Below are positions 38,278-49,079 of a stretch of 64,000 nucleotides of DNA, in pieces; positions within the stretch are counted from its first letter, which is position 1; every line of letters starts with the position of its first letter. The translations under genes were made by a program, and so were the position numbers. The notes under the pieces are model-generated. The model was not told the DNA's origin and did not search any database. It was given only the letters and a program-made list of their open reading frames with translations. Source of the DNA: Rhina ancylostomus (lineage: Eukaryota); NCBI GenBank assembly GCA_030265395.1, contig JARFYF010000094.1, positions 92,178,283 through 92,242,282 on the forward strand, read 5' to 3'.

Positions 38278-38673
38278 AACATACTGAGAGAAATGAGAGG
38301 TTTATTTCACTTGCAACAAAATTTAGGTGATCTATCAGTAAAATCCAATATCATGGAAGTAGTAAATCTACCAATCAAAGATAATAAATTTAAATCACCA
38401 TTGAAAGACTGAAGGAACATGCTATGCTTTTGTAAATGTACATTGGGCTGTTAGGACATAGTTGCCTAGAAATTGGGTTTGGAAAAAAAACACTTTTATC
38501 TGTTTTTTATGTATAAATCATGCATTAAAATCATTTTATATATGATTTGAGTGCCCATTTCTGGTGGTAGATCAGGAACTTCCAGTCATGAATCACCCAT
38601 TGAAGGGTGCCATTTCTCCACCATATATCATACACAATCTTGACCTACGTACAGAAATTGGATAAAAAGTTCG

Positions 38674-38686
38674 TGACCTCTGACCT
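38674..38686 (-). promoter_or_regulatory. Perfect DR1 element AGGTCA-G-AGGTCA
   Basis: Plus strand TGACCTCTGACCT. Extra TGACCT at 38641-38646 and TGTGGTT immediately after. Confidence 0.45.
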
Positions 38687-41674
38687 TTGTGGTTCACTCA
38701 CAGTAAATTTCTGAATAAATCACACACAAGCAAAAAAAATCGGTGGGACCTGGTTTTTACTTTCACTGACTCACCTACATTGACAGTAGATGTTGCAATC
38801 TGTAGCCCCAAAGATCACTGTGACTGTGGCTCAATCGCAGCACTGGCTGCTCCAGACTGTGTGGTATCCCCATTACCCCAGACTATGCTGTTTCTCTTTC
38901 CCTGCCTCAATTTCTCTCCCTCTCTATTTTCCACCCTTCTCCTACTGTACTGATCCCATTTTCCCTTAACACCATGGCAACCTGTGTGAGTGCTCTTTTA
39001 CAGTACTTGTCCACTTCCCAGTAGGCAGTACCAAATAAGAAGCTAGCTGTGAGGTCAGGCAGCAGCCGCCATCACTGAACACTTAACTTGGCTTCAAATG
39101 CTTTTAAATGCCAAAAAAAACAATTTCTTAAAGTGAGGATATCAAAACTTCACTTTTTATGGTGTTAGTAATAACATTTATTGCATCAAAAATGGATTAT
39201 ATTGAACTTCTGGCAACAATGGCAGAAGCAAAATTCACCATGGCTTTTAAAAAAAGAAGTGGGTGAATGTTGGAGAAAGTAGAATTTAAAATAGATGTGG
39301 GTAAAGGATAAGCTGAATGGGACTAAGACGGCTCAGGTTATCAATGTAAGTAGAGTAACTGAATGGTTGTCGTCTCTGCTATAAAATTATATGCTCTGGG
39401 ATGCATTGTGATTACGTCACTGAACCAATGAAACAAAGCCAATAAAAGTTCAACATTTTTAGTTAACTAAACTAAGCAAAATATAGGTCATGTGAAAGAA
39501 AGCTATTTGTAACCAATTAGTAGACTGACTAGACTTGAGACGATCATTTCTAGTGTGAACATTCTTCCAGAAATTTAACATAAGATACATACAGACAAAT
39601 GGATTTACAACAGCAGCCACCATCTTAGTTTCCCCGATTACCCAGATCCAAACATCGTAATAAGATATATTATGTTAATAGACAATCCTTCCAAAGGCAT
39701 TAAAGACACAGAGGTGTGCTTTGTAGATCAGCCTTCTTAACATCAATGGACATAAGTGCTGAGACATTATCTGGTTCAGTGTTACAATCTTTGTTTTGTG
39801 TCATGCAGTTCATGTAGCAATGTGACAGAGCTGCCTAAGAATTTCCGACTTCCCTCCACAACCACCCCCCCCACCCCACCCCATGCCAAACTGCATTGTA
39901 AAATAAAATTATCCTGTGCTGATATTGTGAGGTTCCACCCACTATTATAAACATTGTGGGCAGACTATCCCAGCTAACCTAATGAATCATCTTCATAGCT
40001 GAGTTTGTGCTCATATAATTTAACTAACTGTTCAGGTGCTAAAGTGACAGCCAATCACAGTATTACTGTCATGGTTCTGAGTTCTGACCCTCATTTGGCT
40101 CCATTAATGCCTTGTTGTCCAGCACATGGATTCCATGCTGGACTGNNNNNNNNNNNNNNNNNNNNNNNNNNNNNNNNNNNNNNNNNNNNNNNNNNNNNNN
40201 NNNNNNNNNNNNNNNNNNNNNNNNNNNNNNNNNNNNNNNNNNNNNTGTGAAGATCCAGTTCGTGTTGGGATTCCTCTTCTGATCTCCGAGGCAAGATTCC
40301 TTCCAGTTACTGCCTGTGTTTTGTCCTGAGGGAGTATCCTGACTCCAGTCTTGTATCGGTGTGCTGCATTTGGGTTCTGAGTTTGCTCTCGATCAACATT
40401 GTGACAATTACTTGAGTTATGAAAAGTTCCATGGCTTCAGATTTGAAAGGCAAATTACACCTCACTAACGGTGTCCTGAAACAACTCCGGAGTGTGAAGA
40501 CAAGGATGTTGATCACTTAAACCTGTGTCTAGTAATTTGCCAACATTTAATTAGAACATTCTGACAGGACAGTTAGTTCATTTTGTATCACTGTGCATAT
40601 GTTCAGAAGAATGAGGCTTACCAGGCATTTTCTGAGCATGTCTTGGTGATTAAATTTTCACACATAGTATTCTTCATGCAAAGACATATCAGAACATTTG
40701 TTAGAGACTTGGATACAAGAAAGAAATAGGAATTTGGAAGGAGCATAAGATTGGAAGGGTGATTGAAGTGGAGGTTTTCAATGATGTGCAGAAAAGTAAA
40801 GGGGTTGTGGAAGCAATTTTCAGTGAAGATGGGTGAAGGGTTACATTTGATTGTTGAGAGTGGTGGGCCAGAAACAGGTTTCACTAAAGGCACAGAACAA
40901 AAGAATGTAAAGCTTGTGTAGAATTCCCTACTCCAGCTCCATACAGTAAGTGAAATCTGGACAAGGGTTTGAAAATGTGCACCCCATGGTCTGAAGAAAA
41001 TTGATTGCCTGGGCACAGTAAAACTATAGTTGAAGGAGAACATGCACAATTAATGTGCTTAACTTTGTGGAATAGGAATCAGATAAATGAANNNNNNNNN
41101 NNNNNNNNNNNNNNNNNNNNNNNNNNNNNNNNNNNNNNNNNNNNNNNNNNNNNNNNNNNNNNNNNNNNNNNNNNNNNNNNNNNNNNNNNNNNNNNNNNNN
41201 NNNNNNNNNNNNNNNNNNNNNNNNNNNNNNNNNNNNNNNNNNNNNNNNNNNNNNNNNNNNNNNNNNNNNNNNNNNNNNNNNNNNNNNNNNNNNNNNNNNN
41301 NNNNNNNNNNNNNNNNNNNNNNNNNNNNNNNNNNNNNNNNNNNNNNNNNNNNNNNNNNNNNNNNNNNNNNNNNNNNNNNNNNNNNNNNNNNNNNNNNNNN
41401 NNNNNNNNNNNNNNNNNNNNNNNNNNNNNNNNNNNNNNNNNNNNNNNNNNNNNNNNNNNNNNNNNNNNNNNNNNNNNNNNNNNNNNNNNNNNNNNNNNNN
41501 NNNNNNNNNNNNNNNNNNNNNNNNNNNNNNNNNNNNNNNNNNNNNNNNNNNNNNNNNNNNNNNNNNNNNNNNNNNNNNNNNNNNNNNNNNNNNNNNNNNN
41601 NNNNNNNNNNNNNNNNNNNNNNNNNNNNNNNNNNNNNNNNNNNNNNNNNNNNNNNNNNNNNNNNNNNNNNNNNN

Positions 41675-42357
41675 GGACCTGGGAATACAGATCCATGGTT
41701 CCTCGAAAGTGGCATCCAGGTAGATAGGGTCATGAAGAGAGCTTTTGGCATATTGGCCTCCATAAATACAGGAGTTAGAATGTTATGTTGAAGTTGTACA
41801 AGCATTAGTGAGGCTGAATTTAGAGTATTATGTGCAGTTCTGGTCACCATCTTCAGGAAAGATATCAATCAGCTTGAAAGGAGTGAAGAGAAAATTTACA
41901 AGGATGTTGCTGTGACTTGAGTACCTGAGTTATAGGGAAAAGTTGCATAGGTTAGTACTTTATTCCCTAGAGTGCAGGAGAATGAGGGGAGATCTTATAG
42001 GGGGATACAATATTATGAGGGGTATAGAAAGGCTGAATGCATGCAGGTTTTTGCCCCTCAGGCTGGGTGAGACTAGAACTAGAGGTTTAGGGTGAAAGGT
42101 GAAATATTTAAGGGGAATCTGAGGGAGAACTTCTTCACTCAGAGGGTGGTGCGAGTGTGGAACAAGCTGCCAGAGGAAGTGGTGGATGTGGGTTCAATTG
42201 TAACATCTAATAGAATTTTGGATAGGTGCATGGATGGGAGGGGTTTGGAGGGGTATGTTCTGAGTGCAGGTAGATGGGGCAAGGCAGAAGATCAGGTTGG
42301 GATGTACTAGATGGGCCAAAGAAACTGTTTCTATGTTGTAGTGCTCTACGACTCTAA
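41675..42357 (+). mobile_element. CR1-clade LINE, 3' part of ORF2 and 3' UTR (degraded; 5' side in an N-gap)
   Basis: Remnants of CR1 C-terminal motifs (LEYYVQFWSP, RGDLI, NFFTQRVVRVWNKLPEEVV) interrupted by stops and frameshifts. 3' end ATGGGCCAAAG...CTCTACGACTCTA. Confidence 0.9.
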
Positions 42358-42658
42358 GGCAGAGGAAGGGCAGAAGTGTTAGTGAGCAATTGTTCATAAG
42401 TTCAAATGTGCAATTTTGAAAATGGACCAGTTGTTCAAATCCACACTTGGGACTGATTGATAAAACAAGTTTATATGTTAGTGTTTAGTCCAGATACGTG
42501 GCAAGGGAAACTGAAGACATATTCCCAATTGGGAGACTTTGGATTTGTTAACTTTTTTGCTAAATAGCTGGTGCATAGGTTTGTGACTCATCTGGGATTT
42601 GGTCAGTCAGGCAGTTGGTCAATATAATAACAGGTCTAAGGTCAAAAGTAGTTACAGC

Positions 42659-42948
42659 TAAGATAAGGTATTTATTTATTAGTCACATGTACATCAAAAC
42701 ACACAGTGAATTGCATCTTTTTGTGTTGCTGAGAATGTGCTGGGGGCAGCCTGCAAGTGTCGCCACTCTTCCAGTGCCAACATAGCATGCCCACGGCTCC
42801 TAACTAGTCTGTCTTTGGAATGTAGGAGGAAACTGGAGCACCCGGAGGAAACTCACAAAGACACGGGGAATAAACTCCTTACAGGCAGTGGCGGGAATTG
42901 AACCTGGGTCACTGGCGTTGTAATAGTGTTATGCTAACCACTACACTA
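42659..42948 (-). mobile_element. V-type SINE with the head of the 38051 element but a different 3' tail
   Basis: Shares AAACTCCTTACAGGCAG.GGCGGGAAT.GAACCTGGGTC. Antisense tail reads ...GATGTACATGTGACTAATAAATAAATACCTTATCT. Confidence 0.8.
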
Positions 42949-43044
42949 AACAGCTGAGTCTTCCAAAGTATGACCCATCATCATTGTTCCAGCCAATACA
43001 ATGATCATATTTCATTTTACCATCCAAAAGCTTGACCAAATAAC

Positions 43045-43375
43045 CTTTTATCCCTCCACTAACTTCCCCCTCACCTGGACTCACCTATCACCTGAACTCA
43101 CCTATCCCCTGCCTGTGTGCTCCTCCCCCTCCCCCTACCTCCTTATTCTGACTTCTGCCCTCTTCCTTTCCAGTCCTGAAGGAGGGTCTCAGCCTGAAAC
43201 GTCGACTGTTTNNNNNNNNNNNNNNNNNNNNNNNNNNNNNNNNNNNNNNNNNNNNNNNNNNNNNNNNNNNNNNNNNNNNNNNNNNNNNNNNNNNNNNNNN
43301 NNNNNNNNNNNTGAGTTCCTCCAGCACTTTTTGTATATTGCTCCAGATTCCAGCATCTGCAGAATTTCTTGTCTC
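43045..43375 (+). mobile_element. Penelope-like terminal repeat with the best-preserved hammerhead motif (43171-43208)
   Basis: CAGTC-CTGAAGG-AGGGTCTCAGCCT-GAAAC-GTC-GACTG, with tail TGAGTTCCTCCAGCAC...GATTCCAGCATCTGCAG. Confidence 0.75.
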
Positions 43376-46199
43376 CAAATAACCTTTATATTGTCTTTGA
43401 CTAGTAGTCTGAATTGGTCTAAAATTGAATTTGAGGGTTTGGCTAATTAGTGCTTTTCCAGTGATGATACTGTAAAAAGACTGCTTGGACATTACTAGAC
43501 AGTTATGAAAGTGTCTTTTATCTCGTCAACAATTCCCCAGTGCATTTCATTAGCAGAATGTCGGAGGTGTGGATAAACTGTTTTTGACCACCTCCAAAAG
43601 AATTCAAGATAACAGTATAAACAATGCAAACAAAGAGCAAAGCTGTCTAGAGAATGGTCTGGTTAGATTCAGTGTTAGATTAAAGCATTAGTCCACACAT
43701 GTGAGCAATTGGTATCATGCAAAGAACTGTTAATAGAGTATGAAAATAATTGTCTGACTGAGTGACAATTGCCTGTAAATAGCGAGAAGCAGAAAAAAGG
43801 GACGTTCTTATCTGGGAAAGAAGTCTACACAATAACCTTATGGTTGCTCTAAAAACTGATAACACTTCAACTTCTCCCTTGAAAAATTCCTTGCAGAAAT
43901 ATTTTTTAAAAAAGTAAAATTGTTGGATATACATGCAGACAATTATAATGCATTTATGGAATTCCCCTTTTGGAATTGTTTTATCCACTATTTCAATATT
44001 AGTGTCTTTGTATCAAAGATGTTGACCTCTACTGAAAAACTGGATGAAAAATGTATCACTGGACTAATTTCTTTCCTAAACAATTAATACAAGACTCAGT
44101 AATGAAGTGAACCAGATTCCAGATGATTCATAGTGATTGGCTACCTCTTCCATATTCCTCAGGTTATGGAGTTTCTGCAACTGGTACATTTGGTGATCCA
44201 GGAACAATCTGCATCCAAAATCAGGCTAAGTTTGGATTTATTTTCCTTCAAGGTTTCACGAAGTCATTTACGTATCACTAAATATTATATCTACCAGGAA
44301 CTAGGATAATCCAGCAATGATTTTTTTTAAATGATTTTGCTTAAAGAGCATTATTTTTTATATTTATGATTTTGATTAATTCAACTGAAAATAGGTTCAA
44401 TTATAGAAGGAAATGTTTTTAATGAGATTGTCTCATTCACTGTCTGCAAGTAAACTGGTTTCAAATAACTGAAAAGACTTTAAAATTTTTACAGAATCAT
44501 TTGCTGGTTACAGTGGCTAGTTTCCAGGAAAATTATATGTAAATTATGTTTACTCAAAAGCCTTCAAAACATATTTTTTATTTTCCTTGCACTCACAAAA
44601 GAAGCTTCATTTTAAGATCTTCCTGGAAGACCCACAAATAGGCACAATTAGCATTTACTTGCTACGGTGAATAATCTGGTTCAAGGAATTGCCCATTTTT
44701 ATGGACAAGGCCATGTTCCATCATGATTATAGTTTTAAAACTAGGGTAGATTATTGCAGAAACTGGATTTGAACTAAAAGAAATTTGTGCTTAAAAGTTT
44801 GCAATCTTTTGCAATGCTGTGGCTTATTTTATTGCTCAGAGAACACATTCAACCTAGTGGAAACCCTGGGAAGCCCAAGGCCTAAGCGTGTGTTTTGTGC
44901 TTGTATGTGTGTGAGATCTCCAGCCTTGAAATACATTGTGCAAATATTAGCATAAGAATGCTTAAGGGATTCATATGAAATTCCCTTGACTTCTATTTAT
45001 ATAACCCACTTAGAATTAACAGATTTACATTTTCTTTAGAATATGGAACAGTGGAATTCAATACCAACAAATTAACCATTCTTATGCTACTATTTATACA
45101 TGGTAATTTCAAAGCTTCTGTTTATTAATAAACTGCTAAGGATAAAGACTCGTTGTCAGGATTAATAGGAATCATTGCAAAATTCCCTCTTTTAAAAGAG
45201 ACCTGATGTCGAGACTCCCTCTTCAAAGGGTGAAGCCATACTGTGCTATATTATCATACAAATGCATGAAGACTTTTGAATGAAATTCCTTTGTCCACTC
45301 TTTAATGTAATGGTTAGCCGATGTAATCATCATATGATGCAGTCTCCCTCCATAACTAATTCATATACATTGAATATGGTAATTATATTCTACTACTTAA
45401 CAAAACAAATGTACAAAAATTGTCCAGTGATACAAGAAGGTTATTATCCTCATCTGAAAAAAATACATGATAAGGAAATCCAGGCTGAGGATTCCAGCAT
45501 TATTAACTCCATTCTCCCAGATCCTGCCCCTTTCTCCAGTGATCAATTTCAGGTCAGTTTCATTCATCCATCTATCAGGTCAACCATCACTCTGTACTTA
45601 GCCTGATTTACCAACAAAGCCATCTGTAATTACATTACCGTAATAAAACAGAATCAACAGTTTAGAATGAAAACCAATCAGAATAAGAACATTCAGATCT
45701 CACAATGAATTAAGATACATTTAGAGGAGAAATAAAATACCATATGTAATGCAGCTAAATGAAAATTGTACTTGTTATCATTTCTGAATCCAATTTTCAA
45801 TGTCACTCCCACCTAGTGCAAAACATAAAGCATACTGTGCAAATTAATAGTGCAAAACAATAGATCTATGGCTTCCTGGACATGGTCTTGACTATAATTA
45901 AATAGTTGAAGCTGAAGTGTGATCAGTTATTTGAGCTTTATGCACAAACTACAAAATGCTTTGTTTATTTTGCCAGTGACATTTTTGTATTTTCTATTAT
46001 TTTGTTATTTTCTTCAGTTTGTACAACTCCTGATCTTCTTAACATCCTGCTAGAACATCTGGTTTGCCTATTTTCTGTAACATATGACCCACTCCAACCT
46101 TATCTTAGTTACAGGATTGGTCACTTACTCTCAGATCCGCTCCCACTTAACTGTTAGCCCACTTTTGTCACCTGGTCTTCTCTTTAGCTAATAATTCTG

Positions 46200-46700
46200 A
46201 ATGGTGCAGCAATGCAGGCCACATCTGTGCCTTGCTAAGTATTCTCAGGGGTTTCTGATTTTATTTTAGATTTCTAGCATCTGCAGCGGTATATTTTGTA
46301 TTCAGAAAGATTCCCTTTACTCAGCTACAGTCCCTTGTCCTTTTCAACGGTGTCATTGTGATAATTCTTAGTGGAAGATGTCCCTTTAAGAGATGTTGTG
46401 ATTCTATTGTTAACTCTTTCTATTGACTGAATAACAACACAAACAAAATTACTTTACACATGGTGAAACCTGATGAACTGCGATTGTTTATAAGCAATCT
46501 TTGCACACAATGAACAGTGATGTTATGACAACCATTATTGCCTTTTCTTACAAATTCCAATCTCCACCCATCTCCCCTTGCAAAACTGAAATGTTAATTT
46601 TGTTCTTCTCTCCAGAGATGCTGCCTGACCTGATGAGTATTTCCAGGGTTTTCTGCTTTTACTTCAGCATTCCAGGTCTGCAATATTTTGCTTTCCTCTC
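46200..46700 (+). mobile_element. Two degenerate Penelope-like tails (about 46200-46290 and 46560-46700)
   Basis: AGATTTCTAGCATCTGCAG, and GAAATGTTAA...CCAGAGATGCTGCCTGACCTGATGAGTATTTCCAG. Confidence 0.55.
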
Positions 46701-46959
46701 ATCTCTGACCTTTGTTTTCTTCCTACATCCAAGTCTATTTTCACAAAGCAATGATGATCAGATTTTTAATCCACTCTGCTACATCAAGGAGAAGGGCAAA
46801 ATCACAGATGCCATTTTCTGTGACTATTACTATAGTGCCTTATTCTACTTGGGAGGAACCTGTCTCACTTACTTCCACTATTACTCATCAATTGTTCACA
46901 GAATCACTATCAATAACTTCACTTCCCACCTCTGTACCATCCACTAGTTTTGGAGTTCC

Positions 46960-47500
46960 CACTCCTCTGTCTGATCTACTTGCAGCCCTTTGGTGTCACC
47001 ATAGCAAGAATAGGAGATCTGTTTCAATATGACCACAGCTCATACTCTATTTAACTTCAACCTCTCAATCATTTCACTGGCTCTGTGCACTCAGGCTGAT
47101 TTTCCACATTTCAGGCTTGGTTGAACCAGAATTTCCTCCTGTTAAGCCTTATCTTCACCATTTGTAACACACCCAATAACCTCCTTACCAACTCCATCCC
47201 CCTCCTGATCACTGCCTCAGGCTGAAACAAACTATTCATTAATTCTGTTGCAATTATGTCCCAAGCCTTTGCTCCCACATCCACTCCTTCACAAATACAA
47301 CTTGATTCCATGTCCAAGTCCACCCATAATTTAATCACTTGCCACTTAAATCCTCACTCATGAATCTGAGACCTCTTGACTCAAGTACAGCAACACTTTC
47401 TGTCCATTCATTTGTTCTGAAATCCAATTCATTCAAAACTTCAGTAAACCTACCTTGTACTGAGTCCCACTCCCCCATCAATCCTGTTCTTGCTAACAGG
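46960..47500 (+). mobile_element. Highly degraded L2-like LINE RT-region relic
   Basis: C-rich tract with CTTGGTTGAACCAGAATTTCCTCCTGTTAA (WLNQNFLLL, similar to the L2 W..N.L.LN motif). Confidence 0.35.
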
Positions 47501-47530
47501 CATTGAGCCCTGATCTGTCATTTACACAGA

Positions 47531-47832
47531 TTCATAGAACAATACAGGCCCTTCGGCCCACCATGTTGTGCCGCCCATCAAACCACACATCACACTATCT
47601 AACCCTTTCCTCACACGTATCCCTCTATCCCACATTCCTCCATATGCCTATCCAACAATCTCTTGAACCTGTCCAACGTATCTGCCTCCACCACCACCCC
47701 AGGCAGCACATTCCATGCACCAACCACTCTTTGAGTGAAAAACCTCCCTCTGACATCTCCCCTGAACTTCCCCTCCCCCATTACTTTAAAGCCATGCACT
47801 CTTGTCTTGAGCATTGGTGCCCTGGGAAAGAG
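47531..47832 (-). mobile_element. 5'-truncated CR1 LINE 3' end
   Basis: ORF 47611-47898 reads KTRVHGFKV.GEGKFRGDVRGRFFTQRVVGAWNVLPGVVVEADTLDRFKRLLDRHM. Tail TGGGCCGAAGGGCCTGTATTGTTCTATG. Confidence 0.9.
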
Positions 47833-48625
47833 GTGCAAATTCAAAACAAAATTGTTCTTCAATGAGCTGTGTACAAATTCCCTGCAGTGACATTGCACAC
47901 AGAGAGGAAACTTCCTGGTGTCACTGGGTGGGAACTTTACTGTGTCACCTTTTGATATTAAATAACTGATTAACAGATCTAAACATAAAATATGTGGACA
48001 GGACCATTACTAAGTATCAGGAAGTGGCCTAATCTCCTGTATTTGCAGGATGAGAAAGGCAATTAGAATTAATATAAATTCTTTACAATGTAATCTTTAC
48101 ATTTCATTGCATTTTCTGCTGGCAATATATAAAATTCTATTTGTATTACTAAAGTAACTGCATTCATGTCGCTTAAATAATTGGACAGTATATTTAAACC
48201 TGTGTCATTTGACTCCCTTTAAAATGTGAGGTCCTGTAACTTGGCTTTGACTATTAAGTGCTTTGCTAGTATCTATTGTTTCCTTCCACTGACAATTTAC
48301 ATGCAATGAGGTCTGAGCAGCTTCTGTGGAGGGAAGGCAGTTACAATGATTTGTGCCTTTTCAAACAGGAATCATAAAACAACAAACAGACAAGAGATGA
48401 CAACATTGGACAACAAGAAAAACAATTGTCAGTCTGTGAGAAAAAATGCATGTAATCTCTGCTTAACATCTGCCTTGTGCCACTTAACACAATAGCAAAC
48501 AGGACATAAGGATCTACAGTAGCTTTGCTATCAGTTTCTAATCCTATGTTCTCCTCAAAGCTTTGCAATAGTCACAGGCCTTTGAAACCCCAAGTGATAA
48601 AGTCAAACAAGTATTTTCAACATAC

Positions 48626-48757
48626 CTGATCATTTATCTGGCATGCGACTAGGTTGTGATCATAGCTCCGTCCGAACCTGATGTATTTGAGCCAGCTCCC
48701 TATATCAGGCTGACTGGCATCGATGCAGAACTTTACATTGCCTAACTCGTCCAAAAC
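48626..48757 (-). CDS. MECOM: MECOM PR/SET-domain exon (132 nt); coding in MDS1-EVI1, 5'UTR in EVI1; not listed in the ORF track
   Basis: Manual translation VLDELGNVKFCIDASQPDIGSWLKYIRFGRSYDHNLVACQINDQ. Acceptor ATTTTTCTTCCAG|GTT, donor CAG|GTATGT. Phase 0-0, joins in frame to IFYR. Confidence 0.95.
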
Positions 48758-49067
48758 CTGGAAGAAAAATGTTGAGATAAAATCAATATAGACTGAGTCA
48801 CAAAGGAAGCCAGAAATAAACTATGTACCTCCCACATAGTTACTTCAAAAAGTGGCTCTCTCATACATGTGTACATAAATACATACATGTTGCTATGGCA
48901 GGCAATCTTAACAGAGGACATATAATTAATCCCTTTAACTGAATGCATTTTTGGAGGAAGGTTGACATTTTGTGCACATTTTTCGATGATTAGAGAGGAG
49001 TGGAAAAGGAATCATAATTCACCTCTTTCCCTTAGGGTGGAATATAACCCTGACTTTTATTTTTGTA

Positions 49068-49079
49068 GGGTCATGACCT
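49068..49079. promoter_or_regulatory. IR0 nuclear-receptor element (TREpal/RARE-like) GGGTCATGACCT
   Basis: Two consensus RGGTCA half-sites in inverted orientation with no spacer, 311 bp upstream of the PR exon. Confidence 0.45.

Noticed and set aside
42655-42670. AAGATAAG as an EVI1 autoregulatory site
   Set aside because: Only a partial match to GACAAGATAAGATAA, and it is the terminal repeat of a SINE.
948-48757. PRDM16 as an alternative identity
   Set aside because: [22 protein letters not shown] and [16 protein letters not shown] match MECOM better.
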